Sequence record: ON529858.1
Reading direction: 5' to 3' (one strand)
DNA: 64,000 bases
In this document: positions 54,991 to 64,000 of the stretch, in pieces
Numbering within the stretch: the stretch's first letter is position 1
Layout of the letters: each line of letters begins with the position of its first letter
Notes under the pieces: model-generated
Database searches by the model: none
The model's input: only the letters and a program-made list of their open reading frames with translations
What the model was told of the DNA's origin: nothing
Program-made: the position numbers and the translations under genes

Positions 54991-55028
54991 GGGGCTGGGA
55001 GTCTTCGGGCTCCCAGCCCTTTTCTTTT
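54991..55028 (+). terminator. Rho-independent terminator
   Basis: GGGGCTGGGAG-TCTTCGGG-CTCCCAGCCCC followed by TTTTCTTTT. Confidence 0.85.
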
Positions 55029-55056
55029 GTCAGAATATCTCTCAGGAAGCACCATC

Positions 55057-55953
55057 ATGGCACGTCAACCGCAGCGCCGCCGCCTCCCCCGCTCCATCAC
55101 GCCCCGCTCGGGCATCGGCCCTGGCTTCGTCGCCTCGGTGGGCGACGTCACCCTCTCCGCCGCTCTGATCGCCGAGAACGCGCCGGAAGGCACGATCATC
55201 GGCACCCTGTCGGCCAACCCGGTCGAAGGCACCACCTACACCCTGCTCGACGCCGGCGCCAACCGCACGAAGCTGCTCAGCGGCGGTCGCCTTGCTGTCG
55301 GTCCCGCCGCCTCCAACTACGAGGCCGGCACGTCCTTCCAGATCATCGTGCGTGCGCAGTGGGGCCAAGCCTCCACCGACCAGACGTTCACGATCACGAT
55401 CACCGACGTCGACGAGATCAGCAACATCACCCTGTCGAACGCCTCCATCCTGGAGAGCGCGGCGGCGGCGGCCGTCGTCGGCGCGCTGACCTCCACGCCG
55501 ACGGGCGCGACCTTCTCCATGGTGGACACGGCGGGCAACCGCTTCGCCATCTCGGGCAACAATCTCGTGCGCGGCGCGACCGCCTTGGACACCGAGGTCA
55601 ACGCCACCCACACCGTCACGATCCGGGGCACGCGCCTGGGCGAGACCTTCGACAAGAACTTCACCATTACCGTGACCGACGTCGATGAGATCACCAACAT
55701 CTCCCTGGCGACGCCCACGATCGCTTCGGGCGCCGCCCAGGGCACCGTCGTCGGCGCGCTGACCTCGACGCCCGCCGGCGCCACCTATACGATGCCGGAC
55801 ACGGCCGGCGGTCGCTTCGGCCTTTCGGGCTCCAACGTCATCGCCGGCGCCACGCCGACCGACAGTGAAGCCGCGACCTCCCACGACGTGACCGTGCGCG
55901 GCACGCGCCTGTCCGAGACCTTCGACAAGGTCATCACGATCACGGTGACCTAA
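55057..55953 (+). CDS. cadherin/Ig-like repeat virion protein
   Basis: Three about 88-aa repeats (ITLS...I.E.A..G.VVGAL...RFAISG..L...D.E....H.VT.R...DK.F.ITVTDVDE); ATG 55057. Confidence 0.8.
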   Translation: MARQPQRRRLPRSITPRSGIGPGFVASVGDVTLSAALIAENAPEGTIIGTLSANPVEGTTYTLLDAGANRTKLLSGGRLAVGPAASNYEAGTSFQIIVRAQWGQASTDQTFTITITDVDEISNITLSNASILESAAAAAVVGALTSTPTGATFSMVDTAGNRFAISGNNLVRGATALDTEVNATHTVTIRGTRLGETFDKNFTITVTDVDEITNISLATPTIASGAAQGTVVGALTSTPAGATYTMPDTAGGRFGLSGSNVIAGATPTDSEAATSHDVTVRGTRLSETFDKVITITVT

Positions 55954-56104
55954 CCCTCTGCGCCGGTGTCAAGATCGACGACGCACTTGCGCCACGATTC
56001 TTGACTTCCGGCGCGTTTCGTGCCAAACCTTCAGGCTCTGACGCGGCTGCTCGCGTCCGCCTTCCGAACCCGCGAACAACCCCGCATAGGAAAGACCACC
56101 ACCC

Positions 56105-56554
56105 ATGTCCACCGCGCCCAAGGGCACTATCGCCGTCTACGCCCCCGGCTCGCAAGAGCCGACCTACGAAACCCGCCTGAACGCCCACGACCTCGTGAAC
56201 GGCGCCGGCTACACCTGGAAGCCCGGCGTCGAGACGACCCCGGCCGCCTTCTCGCCCGCGCGCGTGACCCAGCCGCGCGGCAAGGAACCGGCTCAGGCCG
56301 TGATGGATCGCGCCGGCTCGCCGACCCAGCACAACCCCGAGCCCGACGATGACGACGACATCGACGAGACCCCGCCGGCCCGCGCCGCTGCGCCCGCTCC
56401 GGCCCCGGCTCCCGCGCCCGCTGCTGCTCCGGTCACCGTGACCGCCGAGAAGCCGGCCGCTGAGCCCGAGGTCAAGAAGGACGTGAAGGGCGACTCGACC
56501 ACCACCAAGACCGCCGCCACGCCGAAGTCGGCCGCTGCCGCCGCCAAGAAGTAA
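56105..56554 (+). CDS. hypothetical protein with Ala/Pro/Lys-rich tail
   Basis: APAPAPAPAP tract. Confidence 0.65.
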   Translation: MSTAPKGTIAVYAPGSQEPTYETRLNAHDLVNGAGYTWKPGVETTPAAFSPARVTQPRGKEPAQAVMDRAGSPTQHNPEPDDDDDIDETPPARAAAPAPAPAPAPAAAPVTVTAEKPAAEPEVKKDVKGDSTTTKTAATPKSAAAAAKK

Positions 56555-56579
56555 GCCACCACTCGGCTGAGACGAATAG

Positions 56580-56612
56580 ACGGGTCGCCCCTCGGGCGGC
56601 CCGTTTTTCTTT
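56580..56612 (+). terminator. Rho-independent terminator
   Basis: ACGGGTCGCCC-CTC-GGGCGGCCCGT followed by TTTTCTT. Confidence 0.8.
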
Positions 56613-56722
56613 GCCCGCTGGATCAGGATCGACGACGTAAAACGTCGCGAATCTTGACGTCTGCCCTCAAACGTGTCACAAGTCAAGGCTCGATTTTCCG
56701 TTTTTCTCGGGGCGCTACCGCT

Positions 56723-57097
56723 TTGCCGAACCTCTCCTACAAGTCGCACGACGATCTGATCGCGGCCTGGGGTCCCGATCTGACGATCGGCCTGCTCTAC
56801 GGCCCGCCCAACCCGGACGGCACGGACGTCATCGAGCCTGATGCGGGCTCCGGTTATGCGCGCCTGCCGATCACGTTCACCAAGGTCCAGGCCGACGGCG
56901 TGACCTACCTGACGAACGACGCCAACATCATCTTCGGCCCGGCCGACACCACCGACTGGCAACCGGTCGACACCTTCGGCATCTTCGATGCCGCTGGCGA
57001 CCTGCGCGTCTACGGCCGCCTGCGCACCACGCGCACCGTGACCATCAACCTCGGCGCCGCCTTCCCGATCGACGACATCCAACTCCGGCTGCGGTAA
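56723..57097 (+). CDS. virion structural protein (GxGYAR/fibre-adaptor type)
   Basis: GSGYARLPITF...TNDANIIFGPA...W..V..FGIFDAA; start probably TTG 56723. Confidence 0.65.
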   Translation: MPNLSYKSHDDLIAAWGPDLTIGLLYGPPNPDGTDVIEPDAGSGYARLPITFTKVQADGVTYLTNDANIIFGPADTTDWQPVDTFGIFDAAGDLRVYGRLRTTRTVTINLGAAFPIDDIQLRLR

Positions 57098-57103
57098 CCC
57101 GGC

Positions 57104-58987
57104 GTGGCGCGCCGGATCGACATCACGGCCGACGTCAACACCGACGTTGAAGCCCACCGCATCATGCGCCTGCGCGCGGTCGGACCTTACCCTGAAGAGG
57201 GCGAGTTCTGCGGCCTGCTGTTCGCCGGCGAGCGTGGTTCGGAAGGCTACGTCCCGGTCTCGATCACCGTCCAGGGTGCGGACGATGCGACACAACTGAA
57301 GATGGGGGCCGGCGTCTATTCGGACGGCGCCGTTCTCATCACCGAGAACACCAAGGTCAACGTCGCGATCGACCTGATCAATGAGAAGCTGCTGGAGGTC
57401 TCCCAACAGGAGCCGCCGGCGACCGACGGATTCCATCTCGTGCTCGGCGACGTCGTCGCCGACGGAGACGGGACCTGGGCCGGCGGAGCCGTCATGCTGA
57501 CGGACGACATGCCGATCTCGGAAGGGATCGACCGCCTGAACGAAGTGCTCGGCCGGCTGGTTCCGGCTGGACCTCCGGCCTTCCCGAACGGCTCGCTCAC
57601 GATCTCGAACACCTCGGGATCGCAAGCGCGTCTGGCGGCGGGCTACACCGACAACGATCTGGCGGGCACTGTCCTGCCGGGCACGGCCGTCACCCGCGTC
57701 ACGGCCGCCTTCGTCAACTCGAACACGTTCAACGATGTGGGTCCGGGCGACACGGGAACGATCGGCGTCTCGCTCAACGGCGCGCTCGCCGTCTCGATCG
57801 CCCTGGATGGCACGGACGTCGGCACCTACTCCGGGCTGAACATCCTGGACCAGAAGGACTTCCCGGTCGGCACGCCCGGCTTCTGGAAGTCGCTGGACGT
57901 TCTGCTCTCGGGCTTCGCTGTCCCGGTCGGCCTCAACGCCGTCCAGATCGCGCACACCGGCGGCGGCGCCACCAACACGGTCGTGGTCATGCGCGATCCG
58001 ATGACGTCCAACCCGGCGATCTCCGCCGGCTCGGTTGTCCAGGCTGTCGGCGGACCGGGCACGGTCGCCTATTCGTCCGGCGTCCCTCACTACGGCGCCG
58101 ACGCCTACCTCACGGTCGGCATGTCGATCTCGAACCTCGCGGGCGAGACCTACTACGGCGGCGGCGACCCGATCCAGTTCTCGGGTCCGGTCATCTCGAC
58201 GAAGACCATCGGCTACGCGGCGGCGGACATCGACGCGCCGATCGCGCGCAACACCCTCGCCCCCGTGGCGATCGAGCCCCAGACCATCTCGGTCGACGGG
58301 ACCGGTCACCTCTCCGGCAAGATCAGCGGCACCGCCCGCAACGTCAACGGCTCGGCGACCCAGGACCTGGGCGGCCCGACGATCCTGATCAAGCGCGGCT
58401 CGGCCGGCGCCCGGATCGACGAAACGAGCGTGCCGGGTCCGGCGGTCACCGCCGTCCGCAAGGGTCAGGCCGCAGGCCCGACTCCCGCCGGCGTTCCCGC
58501 CGCCTGGACCCAGAACACGGTCCCGGCGACGCACGAAGCAACGGTCGTCGCGGGCGTGCTCGCGCACGACCAGACGAACTACTCGACCGGCTACCTCCCC
58601 GCCGGACCTGATCTCTCGGCCGGACGCGCGGGTGCGCAATACGTCACCTTCTCGTTCAGCCGCGCCGCGCTCTCGGCGTTCAAGATCAACGTCACGGGAA
58701 GCTATGCCGACTGCCGCATTCGCCTGCCGGGTGCGTCGGACCTCGCGCCCAACGCCCCGAACGGCTGGTGGAACGCCTTCAAGCCCTACGACGGGGCCGG
58801 CGTCCCTGGCGAACAGGGCGACGCGGACGCGGGCTGCGCTCTGGGCTCGCCCATGAACGGAGCCTCCGGGACGTTCAACATCACCTTCGGCACGCAGTCC
58901 TCCACGAATGCGACCGGCAACGAAATCCTGATCCGCTTCCGGCTCGACGCCGGCCAGTCGATCTCCGCGCTCTCCTTCTCGAACTAG
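57104..58987 (+). CDS. virion structural protein, paralog of the C-terminal part of the next gene
   Basis: Shares DQKDFPV.TPGFWKS, NLAGETYYGG, PNGWWNAFKPYDGAGVPGE, ITFGTQSSTNATGNEIL. Confidence 0.75.
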   Translation: MARRIDITADVNTDVEAHRIMRLRAVGPYPEEGEFCGLLFAGERGSEGYVPVSITVQGADDATQLKMGAGVYSDGAVLITENTKVNVAIDLINEKLLEVSQQEPPATDGFHLVLGDVVADGDGTWAGGAVMLTDDMPISEGIDRLNEVLGRLVPAGPPAFPNGSLTISNTSGSQARLAAGYTDNDLAGTVLPGTAVTRVTAAFVNSNTFNDVGPGDTGTIGVSLNGALAVSIALDGTDVGTYSGLNILDQKDFPVGTPGFWKSLDVLLSGFAVPVGLNAVQIAHTGGGATNTVVVMRDPMTSNPAISAGSVVQAVGGPGTVAYSSGVPHYGADAYLTVGMSISNLAGETYYGGGDPIQFSGPVISTKTIGYAAADIDAPIARNTLAPVAIEPQTISVDGTGHLSGKISGTARNVNGSATQDLGGPTILIKRGSAGARIDETSVPGPAVTAVRKGQAAGPTPAGVPAAWTQNTVPATHEATVVAGVLAHDQTNYSTGYLPAGPDLSAGRAGAQYVTFSFSRAALSAFKINVTGSYADCRIRLPGASDLAPNAPNGWWNAFKPYDGAGVPGEQGDADAGCALGSPMNGASGTFNITFGTQSSTNATGNEILIRFRLDAGQSISALSFSN

Positions 58988-58998
58988 GTCTCACGCAC

Positions 58999-61302
58999 TT
59001 GATCCAAGATAATGAAAAGCTGGACTTCCTCTGGAAGCGTCTGCTGTTCGGCGTGTCGAAGACCGCTAAGACGGCGGACAAGGCCGGCTCGAACGAAATC
59101 ATCCCTGCGCCGATCACCGTCTACCCCGAGTCGATCTGGGCGGACGCCGCCGCTATCCCGGCCTTCGCCGCCGAGACGCCGGGCGTCGTGCTGCCCTACG
59201 TTGGCGCGAACCGCATCGCCGCGACCACCGACCCCACCTCGACGCCGAACCTGACGTGGCTGGCGACGACGACCCCAGGCGACATCAACACCCGCATCGG
59301 CGACTTCATCCCCCCGACCTTCGGTTCCTCCTACGCCGCGCGCGTCTTCATGGGCGATCCCAACGTCGGCCCGGCCGCCCGCCTGTTCCCGGACACCACC
59401 GGTGAAGAGTGGGTGTTCGACTACGTCTCGGGCACGCTGATCTTCGCGTCGTCGATCCCCACCTCCAAGACCGCGACCATCGGCTCCGGCAACGTCACCA
59501 TGGCGGCCGGCATCTTCATCGAAGTCTACCAGTATGACGGCCTGCTCGGCTTCCCGCCCAGCTTCGACGACGGCTCGGAACTCCTGCTCGGCGACACCAC
59601 CGGCTGGGACGGTCAGGTCGTGTTCGCTCCCGACGACAGCGTCACCGAGGCGATCGACAAGATCAACGACGCCCTGAAGGCCGTGGCTCAGAACGGCGGC
59701 GGCGGAGACGGCTTCGCCATCCCGCTCGGCCCGATCGCCACGGACGGCGACGGCTCCTGGACGCCCGGCGCCGTCGTGCTCGACGACACCACCCCGGTCT
59801 CCGAGGCCGTGGACCGCATGAACGAAGTGCTCGGCAAGCTGGTCCCCACCGCGCCGACCGACTTCCCTGGCGCGGCCCTGTCCGTCGCCAACGGCGCCGG
59901 CTCTTCGCCCCGCCTTGCGACCGGCGTCACCGCCAACACCGCCAACACCCTCGCCGCCGGCGACGCCGTCACCCGGATCACCGCAGCGGGCGTGACCTCC
60001 AACGTCTTCGGCGACGTCGGCCCCGGCGAGACCGGCACGGTCACCGCCCTGATCAACGGCGTGCCCGTCGGCTCCCGCGTCCTGACCGGCACGGCGGACG
60101 GCGGAACCTACGGCGGCCTGCTCATCGCTGACCAGAAGGACTTCCCGGTCGCGACGCCCGGCTTCTGGAAGTCGATCGACATCAGCCTGTCCCTGGCCGC
60201 CGCCTCGATCGGCATCAACAAGGCCCGCATCACCCACTCCGCCGCCGGGCAGACCAACGAGGTCTTCTTCGTGCGCGACGCCCTCACCGCCACGCCGGCG
60301 ATCTCCGCCGGCACGGTCGTGGAAGCCGCCGCCGGCACCCTGGCCTATTCGTCCTCGGTCCCGCACTACGGGGACGGCGCGTCGCTGACTGTCGCCCTGT
60401 CGATGACCAACCTCGCGGGCGAGACCTACTATGGCGGCGCGGACCCCCTGATCCTGTCCGGCACGAACGGCATCATCTCGGCCGACACCCTGGCCTACGC
60501 CGATCTTGGCATCACCACCCCGATCGCGCGTCAGACCACGACCGCCACCGCCATCACCCCGGTCACCGTGGCGATCGACGGCGCGAACGTCCACAACACG
60601 GGCGTCATCCAGGCCGTCGCCAAGAACGTCAACGGCGGGTCCGCCGCGACCACCGTGCAGGCCAAGAACATCAACGTCAAGCGTGGCTCCGCCGGCGCTC
60701 GCCTCGACGAGATGGCTGTCACCGTCTCCGGCCTGGGCTCGGCCCCGAACGCGAACCCCGCCGTCCGCAAGGGACATGGTGGGACCGACACGCCGGCCGG
60801 CGCCGCCTCGCCCTGGAACTCGTCGTCCGCCATCACCGTCAACGACGCCACCGTCGTCGGCGGGGTCCTGAAGCACGACGTCACCGACTACTCGGGCTAC
60901 CTGCCCGCCGGCCCGAACCTGTCCGCAGGTCGCTCCGGCGCGCAATACGTCGAGTTCTCCTTCAACCGCTCCGCCCTGTCGGCCTTCAAGATCGCGATCG
61001 CCGGCACCTACGCGGGCGTGTGGGTCCGCCTGCCCGGCGTGTCCGACAATGCCGGCATCTCGCCCAACGCTCCGAACGGCTGGTGGAACGCCTTCAAGCC
61101 TTACGACGGCGCGGGCGTCCCCGGCGAGACGGGCGACAACGACGCGGGCTGCGCCTTGGGCTCGGTCATGAACGGCGTGGGCGGCACCTTCCAGATCACC
61201 TTCGGCACGCAGTCCTCGACCAACGCCACGGGCAACGAAATCCTGGTCCGCATCCGTCTCAACGCCGGTCAGTCGATCACCGCTCTGTCGTTCACGGCGT
61301 AA
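58999..61302 (+). CDS. virion structural protein (fusion of two paralogous modules)
   Basis: N-terminus like 61317 gene, C-terminus like 57104 gene; TTG 58999. Confidence 0.75.
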   Translation: MIQDNEKLDFLWKRLLFGVSKTAKTADKAGSNEIIPAPITVYPESIWADAAAIPAFAAETPGVVLPYVGANRIAATTDPTSTPNLTWLATTTPGDINTRIGDFIPPTFGSSYAARVFMGDPNVGPAARLFPDTTGEEWVFDYVSGTLIFASSIPTSKTATIGSGNVTMAAGIFIEVYQYDGLLGFPPSFDDGSELLLGDTTGWDGQVVFAPDDSVTEAIDKINDALKAVAQNGGGGDGFAIPLGPIATDGDGSWTPGAVVLDDTTPVSEAVDRMNEVLGKLVPTAPTDFPGAALSVANGAGSSPRLATGVTANTANTLAAGDAVTRITAAGVTSNVFGDVGPGETGTVTALINGVPVGSRVLTGTADGGTYGGLLIADQKDFPVATPGFWKSIDISLSLAAASIGINKARITHSAAGQTNEVFFVRDALTATPAISAGTVVEAAAGTLAYSSSVPHYGDGASLTVALSMTNLAGETYYGGADPLILSGTNGIISADTLAYADLGITTPIARQTTTATAITPVTVAIDGANVHNTGVIQAVAKNVNGGSAATTVQAKNINVKRGSAGARLDEMAVTVSGLGSAPNANPAVRKGHGGTDTPAGAASPWNSSSAITVNDATVVGGVLKHDVTDYSGYLPAGPNLSAGRSGAQYVEFSFNRSALSAFKIAIAGTYAGVWVRLPGVSDNAGISPNAPNGWWNAFKPYDGAGVPGETGDNDAGCALGSVMNGVGGTFQITFGTQSSTNATGNEILVRIRLNAGQSITALSFTA

Positions 61303-61316
61303 GGGGCGGCTGAGCG

Positions 61317-62003
61317 ATGATCCTGGATCAAGAAAAGATCGACTTCCTCTGGAAGCGCATCATCTACGGCGTCACCAAGACGGCCGGGTCGCTGGTGAAG
61401 TTCGCCTCTAACGAGACGATCGCTTCCCTGCCGCCGATCCTGCCGTCGCAAATCTGGGCGGACGCGGCGGACATCCCGGCGACCCCGCTCGCGAACGCGG
61501 CCGTCGCCTCCTTCACGGGCGCCTCGCGCGTGCGGATGACCACCGATCCGACCTCGCCGGTCAATCAGGCGTGGCTCGCCACGCAGACCTACGGCGACCT
61601 GCCCTCGCGGATGACCGACTTCATCCCGCCGACCTTCGGGACCGGCTACGCGGTCAAGGTCTACATCGGCGATCCGAACGGCGGCCCCGCCGCCCGCATC
61701 TTCCCGGACACGGCAGGCGAAGAGTTCGTCTTCGACTACGCCGCCGGCGTCCTTGTCTTCACGGGCACGATCCCGGCCAACAAGCCGGCCTCGATCGGCT
61801 CGGGTTCCCTGTCCGCAGCGACCTCGGGAATCTTCATCGAACTCTACCGCTACATCGGGTCCAAGGGCGCGGGTGGCGGTGGGACTGGTCCCGGCAATCT
61901 CGGGACCATGGCGACGCAAGACGCCGACAATGTGAACATCACGGGCGGTGCTCTGGATGGCGTCACACTCACGAATGTCACCGTCGACGGTGGCTGGTTC
62001 TAA
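61317..62003 (+). CDS. virion structural protein, paralog of the N-terminal part of the previous gene
   Basis: EKIDFLWKR..GV.KT, IWADAA.IPA, DFIPPTFG..YA, GDPN.GPAAR.FPDT.GEE.VFDY. Confidence 0.75.
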   Translation: MILDQEKIDFLWKRIIYGVTKTAGSLVKFASNETIASLPPILPSQIWADAADIPATPLANAAVASFTGASRVRMTTDPTSPVNQAWLATQTYGDLPSRMTDFIPPTFGTGYAVKVYIGDPNGGPAARIFPDTAGEEFVFDYAAGVLVFTGTIPANKPASIGSGSLSAATSGIFIELYRYIGSKGAGGGGTGPGNLGTMATQDADNVNITGGALDGVTLTNVTVDGGWF

Positions 62004-62025
62004 CGCCATCTAAGGAGAAACCCAA

Positions 62026-62442
62026 ATGGCTTCCGTTATCTACGACTCGTTCATGCAAGACCTCGCCACGGCGGGCCTGAACATGGACACCGACACCTTC
62101 AAGGTCGCCCTGGTCACTTCGGCCTACGTCGCCGACAAGGGCCTGCACGACCGCTTCAACGACATCACCGGCGAAGTGGTCGGCACCGGATACACGCAAT
62201 CCGGACAGGTCTCGGACGGCACGCTGACGCTCGACACGGCGCTGCACCGCCTGGACATCACGTTCGGCAACGTGACGTGGGCCGGCTCGACGCTGACCGC
62301 GCGCGGTTGCGTCATCTACAAGGTCGGCGCCACGCCGGCCCTGAGCCCGCTGGTCGCCTACGTCGACTTCGGCCAGAACGTCTCGTCGACGTCGGCTGCG
62401 TTCGCCGTGACCTTCTCGTCGGCTCTGCGCCTGCAAAACTAA
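62026..62442 (+). CDS. virion structural protein
   Basis: AAGGAG RBS; DTDTFKVALVTSAY, EVVGTGYT..G, DITFGNVTW...TLTARG. Confidence 0.75.
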   Translation: MASVIYDSFMQDLATAGLNMDTDTFKVALVTSAYVADKGLHDRFNDITGEVVGTGYTQSGQVSDGTLTLDTALHRLDITFGNVTWAGSTLTARGCVIYKVGATPALSPLVAYVDFGQNVSSTSAAFAVTFSSALRLQN

Positions 62443-62534
62443 CGTCGTCGATCTTGACGTTCAACTAGCGCCGGGCGATACCCTCGCCCGGCGCCCTTGC
62501 CTGTTTTCGGGACTCCCCAGCCTTGCCGACTCAA

Positions 62535-64000
62535 ATGCCGACCACCGGAGTTTACAGCGCCGCCTATACCGGCGCGGTGGAGACGTTTGTCGCGGAAGTC
62601 GACGGCGGGATCACCTTTGAACTGTGGGGCGGCGCCGGCGCGGGCGGCTCCTACGGGAACACCGCCAACACCAGGGCCAACCGGCGCGGTGGCAACGGCG
62701 GCTTCCAGAAGGGCCTCATTCCTGTCGTCGCCGGCGATGTGATCACCGTCGAAGTCGGGCAAGGCGGTCGCAAGCCCACGGCCTTCAGCCCCACGGTTGG
62801 CGGCGGCCCTGGCGGCTGGCCTGATGGCGGCGCAGGCGGCACGTCCACCACCGCCACGATCGCCCTGGGCGGCGGCGGCGGCTCGACGCGCCTCTATAAG
62901 AACGGCGTCCTGATGGCGATCGCCGGCGCGGGCGGTGGCGGCACGGGATATTATTTCGGCGGCTCCGGCGGCGGCGCGCTCGGCTCGACGGACGGCTACA
63001 ACACCGCCCAAGCGGCTGAGAACGGCGCGAACTCCACCGGCGGCTCCCAGACGGCGGGTGGCACCACCGGCGGCGCCTCTCTGAAGGGCGCGGATTCGCC
63101 CTCCCCCGCAACGGCGATTGCGACCGCGTCGGCAGGCGGCGGCGGCGGCTATTTCGGCGGCGGTCGCTCCAGCACCAGCGGCGCGCACGGAGGCGGCGGC
63201 GGCGGCTCGAACTTTGCGGCCGAAGCTGTCCTCAACTATGAGAGCCGCATCGCTCTGACGGCTGCGGATACGATCTCCACGCTTCCGCCGGTTTCGGCGA
63301 ATGCGCCCGCCGGCACGGGCATGGGCGGCGTCAGCGCCACCACGATCGCCGGCATCGCGAATGGCGGCGACGGCTACGCCCGACTGGCGTTCACGGCCTC
63401 TGCCCGGACCATGGGTCCGACGGATGTCCTGTCCCTGCCCCCGATCGCGAACGATCAAGTCATCACGGTCACCGCTGCTGGGGTCCTGCAACTGAAGTTG
63501 TGGGGCGCAGGCGGCGCGGGCGGTAGCTATTCGGGGAGCACCGTGACGGCCCGTCGCGGCGGTCCGGGGGCGTTCACGAACGTCTATCTGCGGGTTGCGG
63601 CCGGCGACGTGCTGCGCATCAAGGTCGGCGCCCCCGGTCAAAAGGGAATGCACGACTCCACGCCGATCCGAGGCGGCTCCGCCGCTTATCCGGACGGGGG
63701 CTGGAGCAATCGGTCGGCCGCCAACACCGTCATCCTGTTCGGCGGCGGCGGCGGCTCGACGCAGGTCTTCAAGAACAATGTCCTGGTCGCGGTCGCGGCT
63801 GGCGGTGGCGGCTGCACGGGCTTCTATGCCGGCGGCGCGGGCGGCGCAGACACCGGTCAAGTCGGCATGGACGCCGTGGCGGCGAACGGGACCGGCGGCA
63901 CGCAGAGCGCCGGCGGGCTGAGCGGCGGCGGCTATCTTCAGGGCGGCAACAGCGGCGCAAACACGGCCAGCCAGACGAACGGCGGCTCGGGCGGCGGCGG
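62535..64000 (+). CDS. glycine-rich repeat virion/fibre protein (ALK/LTK-like glycine-rich domains), 3' truncated by window
   Basis: Open frame from ATG 62535; two tandem domains starting LWGGAGAGG / LWGAGGAGG with GGGGGST and GGGGGYFGGG. Confidence 0.75.
   Translation, partial: MPTTGVYSAAYTGAVETFVAEVDGGITFELWGGAGAGGSYGNTANTRANRRGGNGGFQKGLIPVVAGDVITVEVGQGGRKPTAFSPTVGGGPGGWPDGGAGGTSTTATIALGGGGGSTRLYKNGVLMAIAGAGGGGTGYYFGGSGGGALGSTDGYNTAQAAENGANSTGGSQTAGGTTGGASLKGADSPSPATAIATASAGGGGGYFGGGRSSTSGAHGGGGGGSNFAAEAVLNYESRIALTAADTISTLPPVSANAPAGTGMGGVSATTIAGIANGGDGYARLAFTASARTMGPTDVLSLPPIANDQVITVTAAGVLQLKLWGAGGAGGSYSGSTVTARRGGPGAFTNVYLRVAAGDVLRIKVGAPGQKGMHDSTPIRGGSAAYPDGGWSNRSAANTVILFGGGGGSTQVFKNNVLVAVAAGGGGCTGFYAGGAGGADTGQVGMDAVAANGTGGTQSAGGLSGGGYLQGGNSGANTASQTNGGSGGG

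Noticed and set aside
55940-60945. Long minus-strand ORFs 55940-58639 and 58984-60945 (also 40820-42673, 53454-55058, 13841-15631, 25177-26772)
   Set aside because: Antisense to well-supported + strand genes; typical high-GC artefacts.
1-64000. Prophage or host chromosomal context
   Set aside because: No integrase, att site or bacterial housekeeping gene recognised; all content fits a lytic phage genome permuted across its terminal repeat.

Overview
About 64 kb of a high-GC, phiCbK-like (Dolichocephalovirinae-type) large siphophage genome, probably from a Caulobacter/Brevundimonas host; the host is inferred from gene order and about 25 CtrA-type TTAA-N7-TTAA boxes. No bacterial housekeeping genes, integrase, tRNA or CRISPR array were seen. 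Layout: (1) 1-15.7 kb is a tightly packed + strand accessory operon (Nudix, RlmN-like radical SAM, MqsA/YgiT-type Zn finger, HD protein, NADAR, many hypotheticals). (2) 15.8-16.5 kb is an AT-rich, repeat-laden intergenic region (origin candidate). (3) 16.7-22.7 kb is the packaging operon (RuvC-like resolvase, probable TerS, TerL with a Pro-initiated intein). (4) 22.8-39.5 kb is an early/terminal-repeat-like region built from single-gene cassettes joined by a repeated CtrA-box + hairpin + RBS element. It contains two copies, about 9.9 kb apart, of a non-coding block (six GGGWCCC boxes at exact 23-bp period, a 16-bp-period array, a TTAAC cluster) that plausibly mark the terminal-repeat ends, and an unannotated 38-aa ArfA-like peptide. 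(5) 40.9-64 kb holds the portal, about 10 kb of accessory genes (HD nucleotidase, DHH phosphoesterase, DEDD exonuclease, RyR domain, HNH), scaffold, major capsid and paralogous virion proteins. Family assignments come from recognised motifs and remembered reference sequences, not database searches. Many long minus-strand ORFs in the track are GC-rich antisense shadows.
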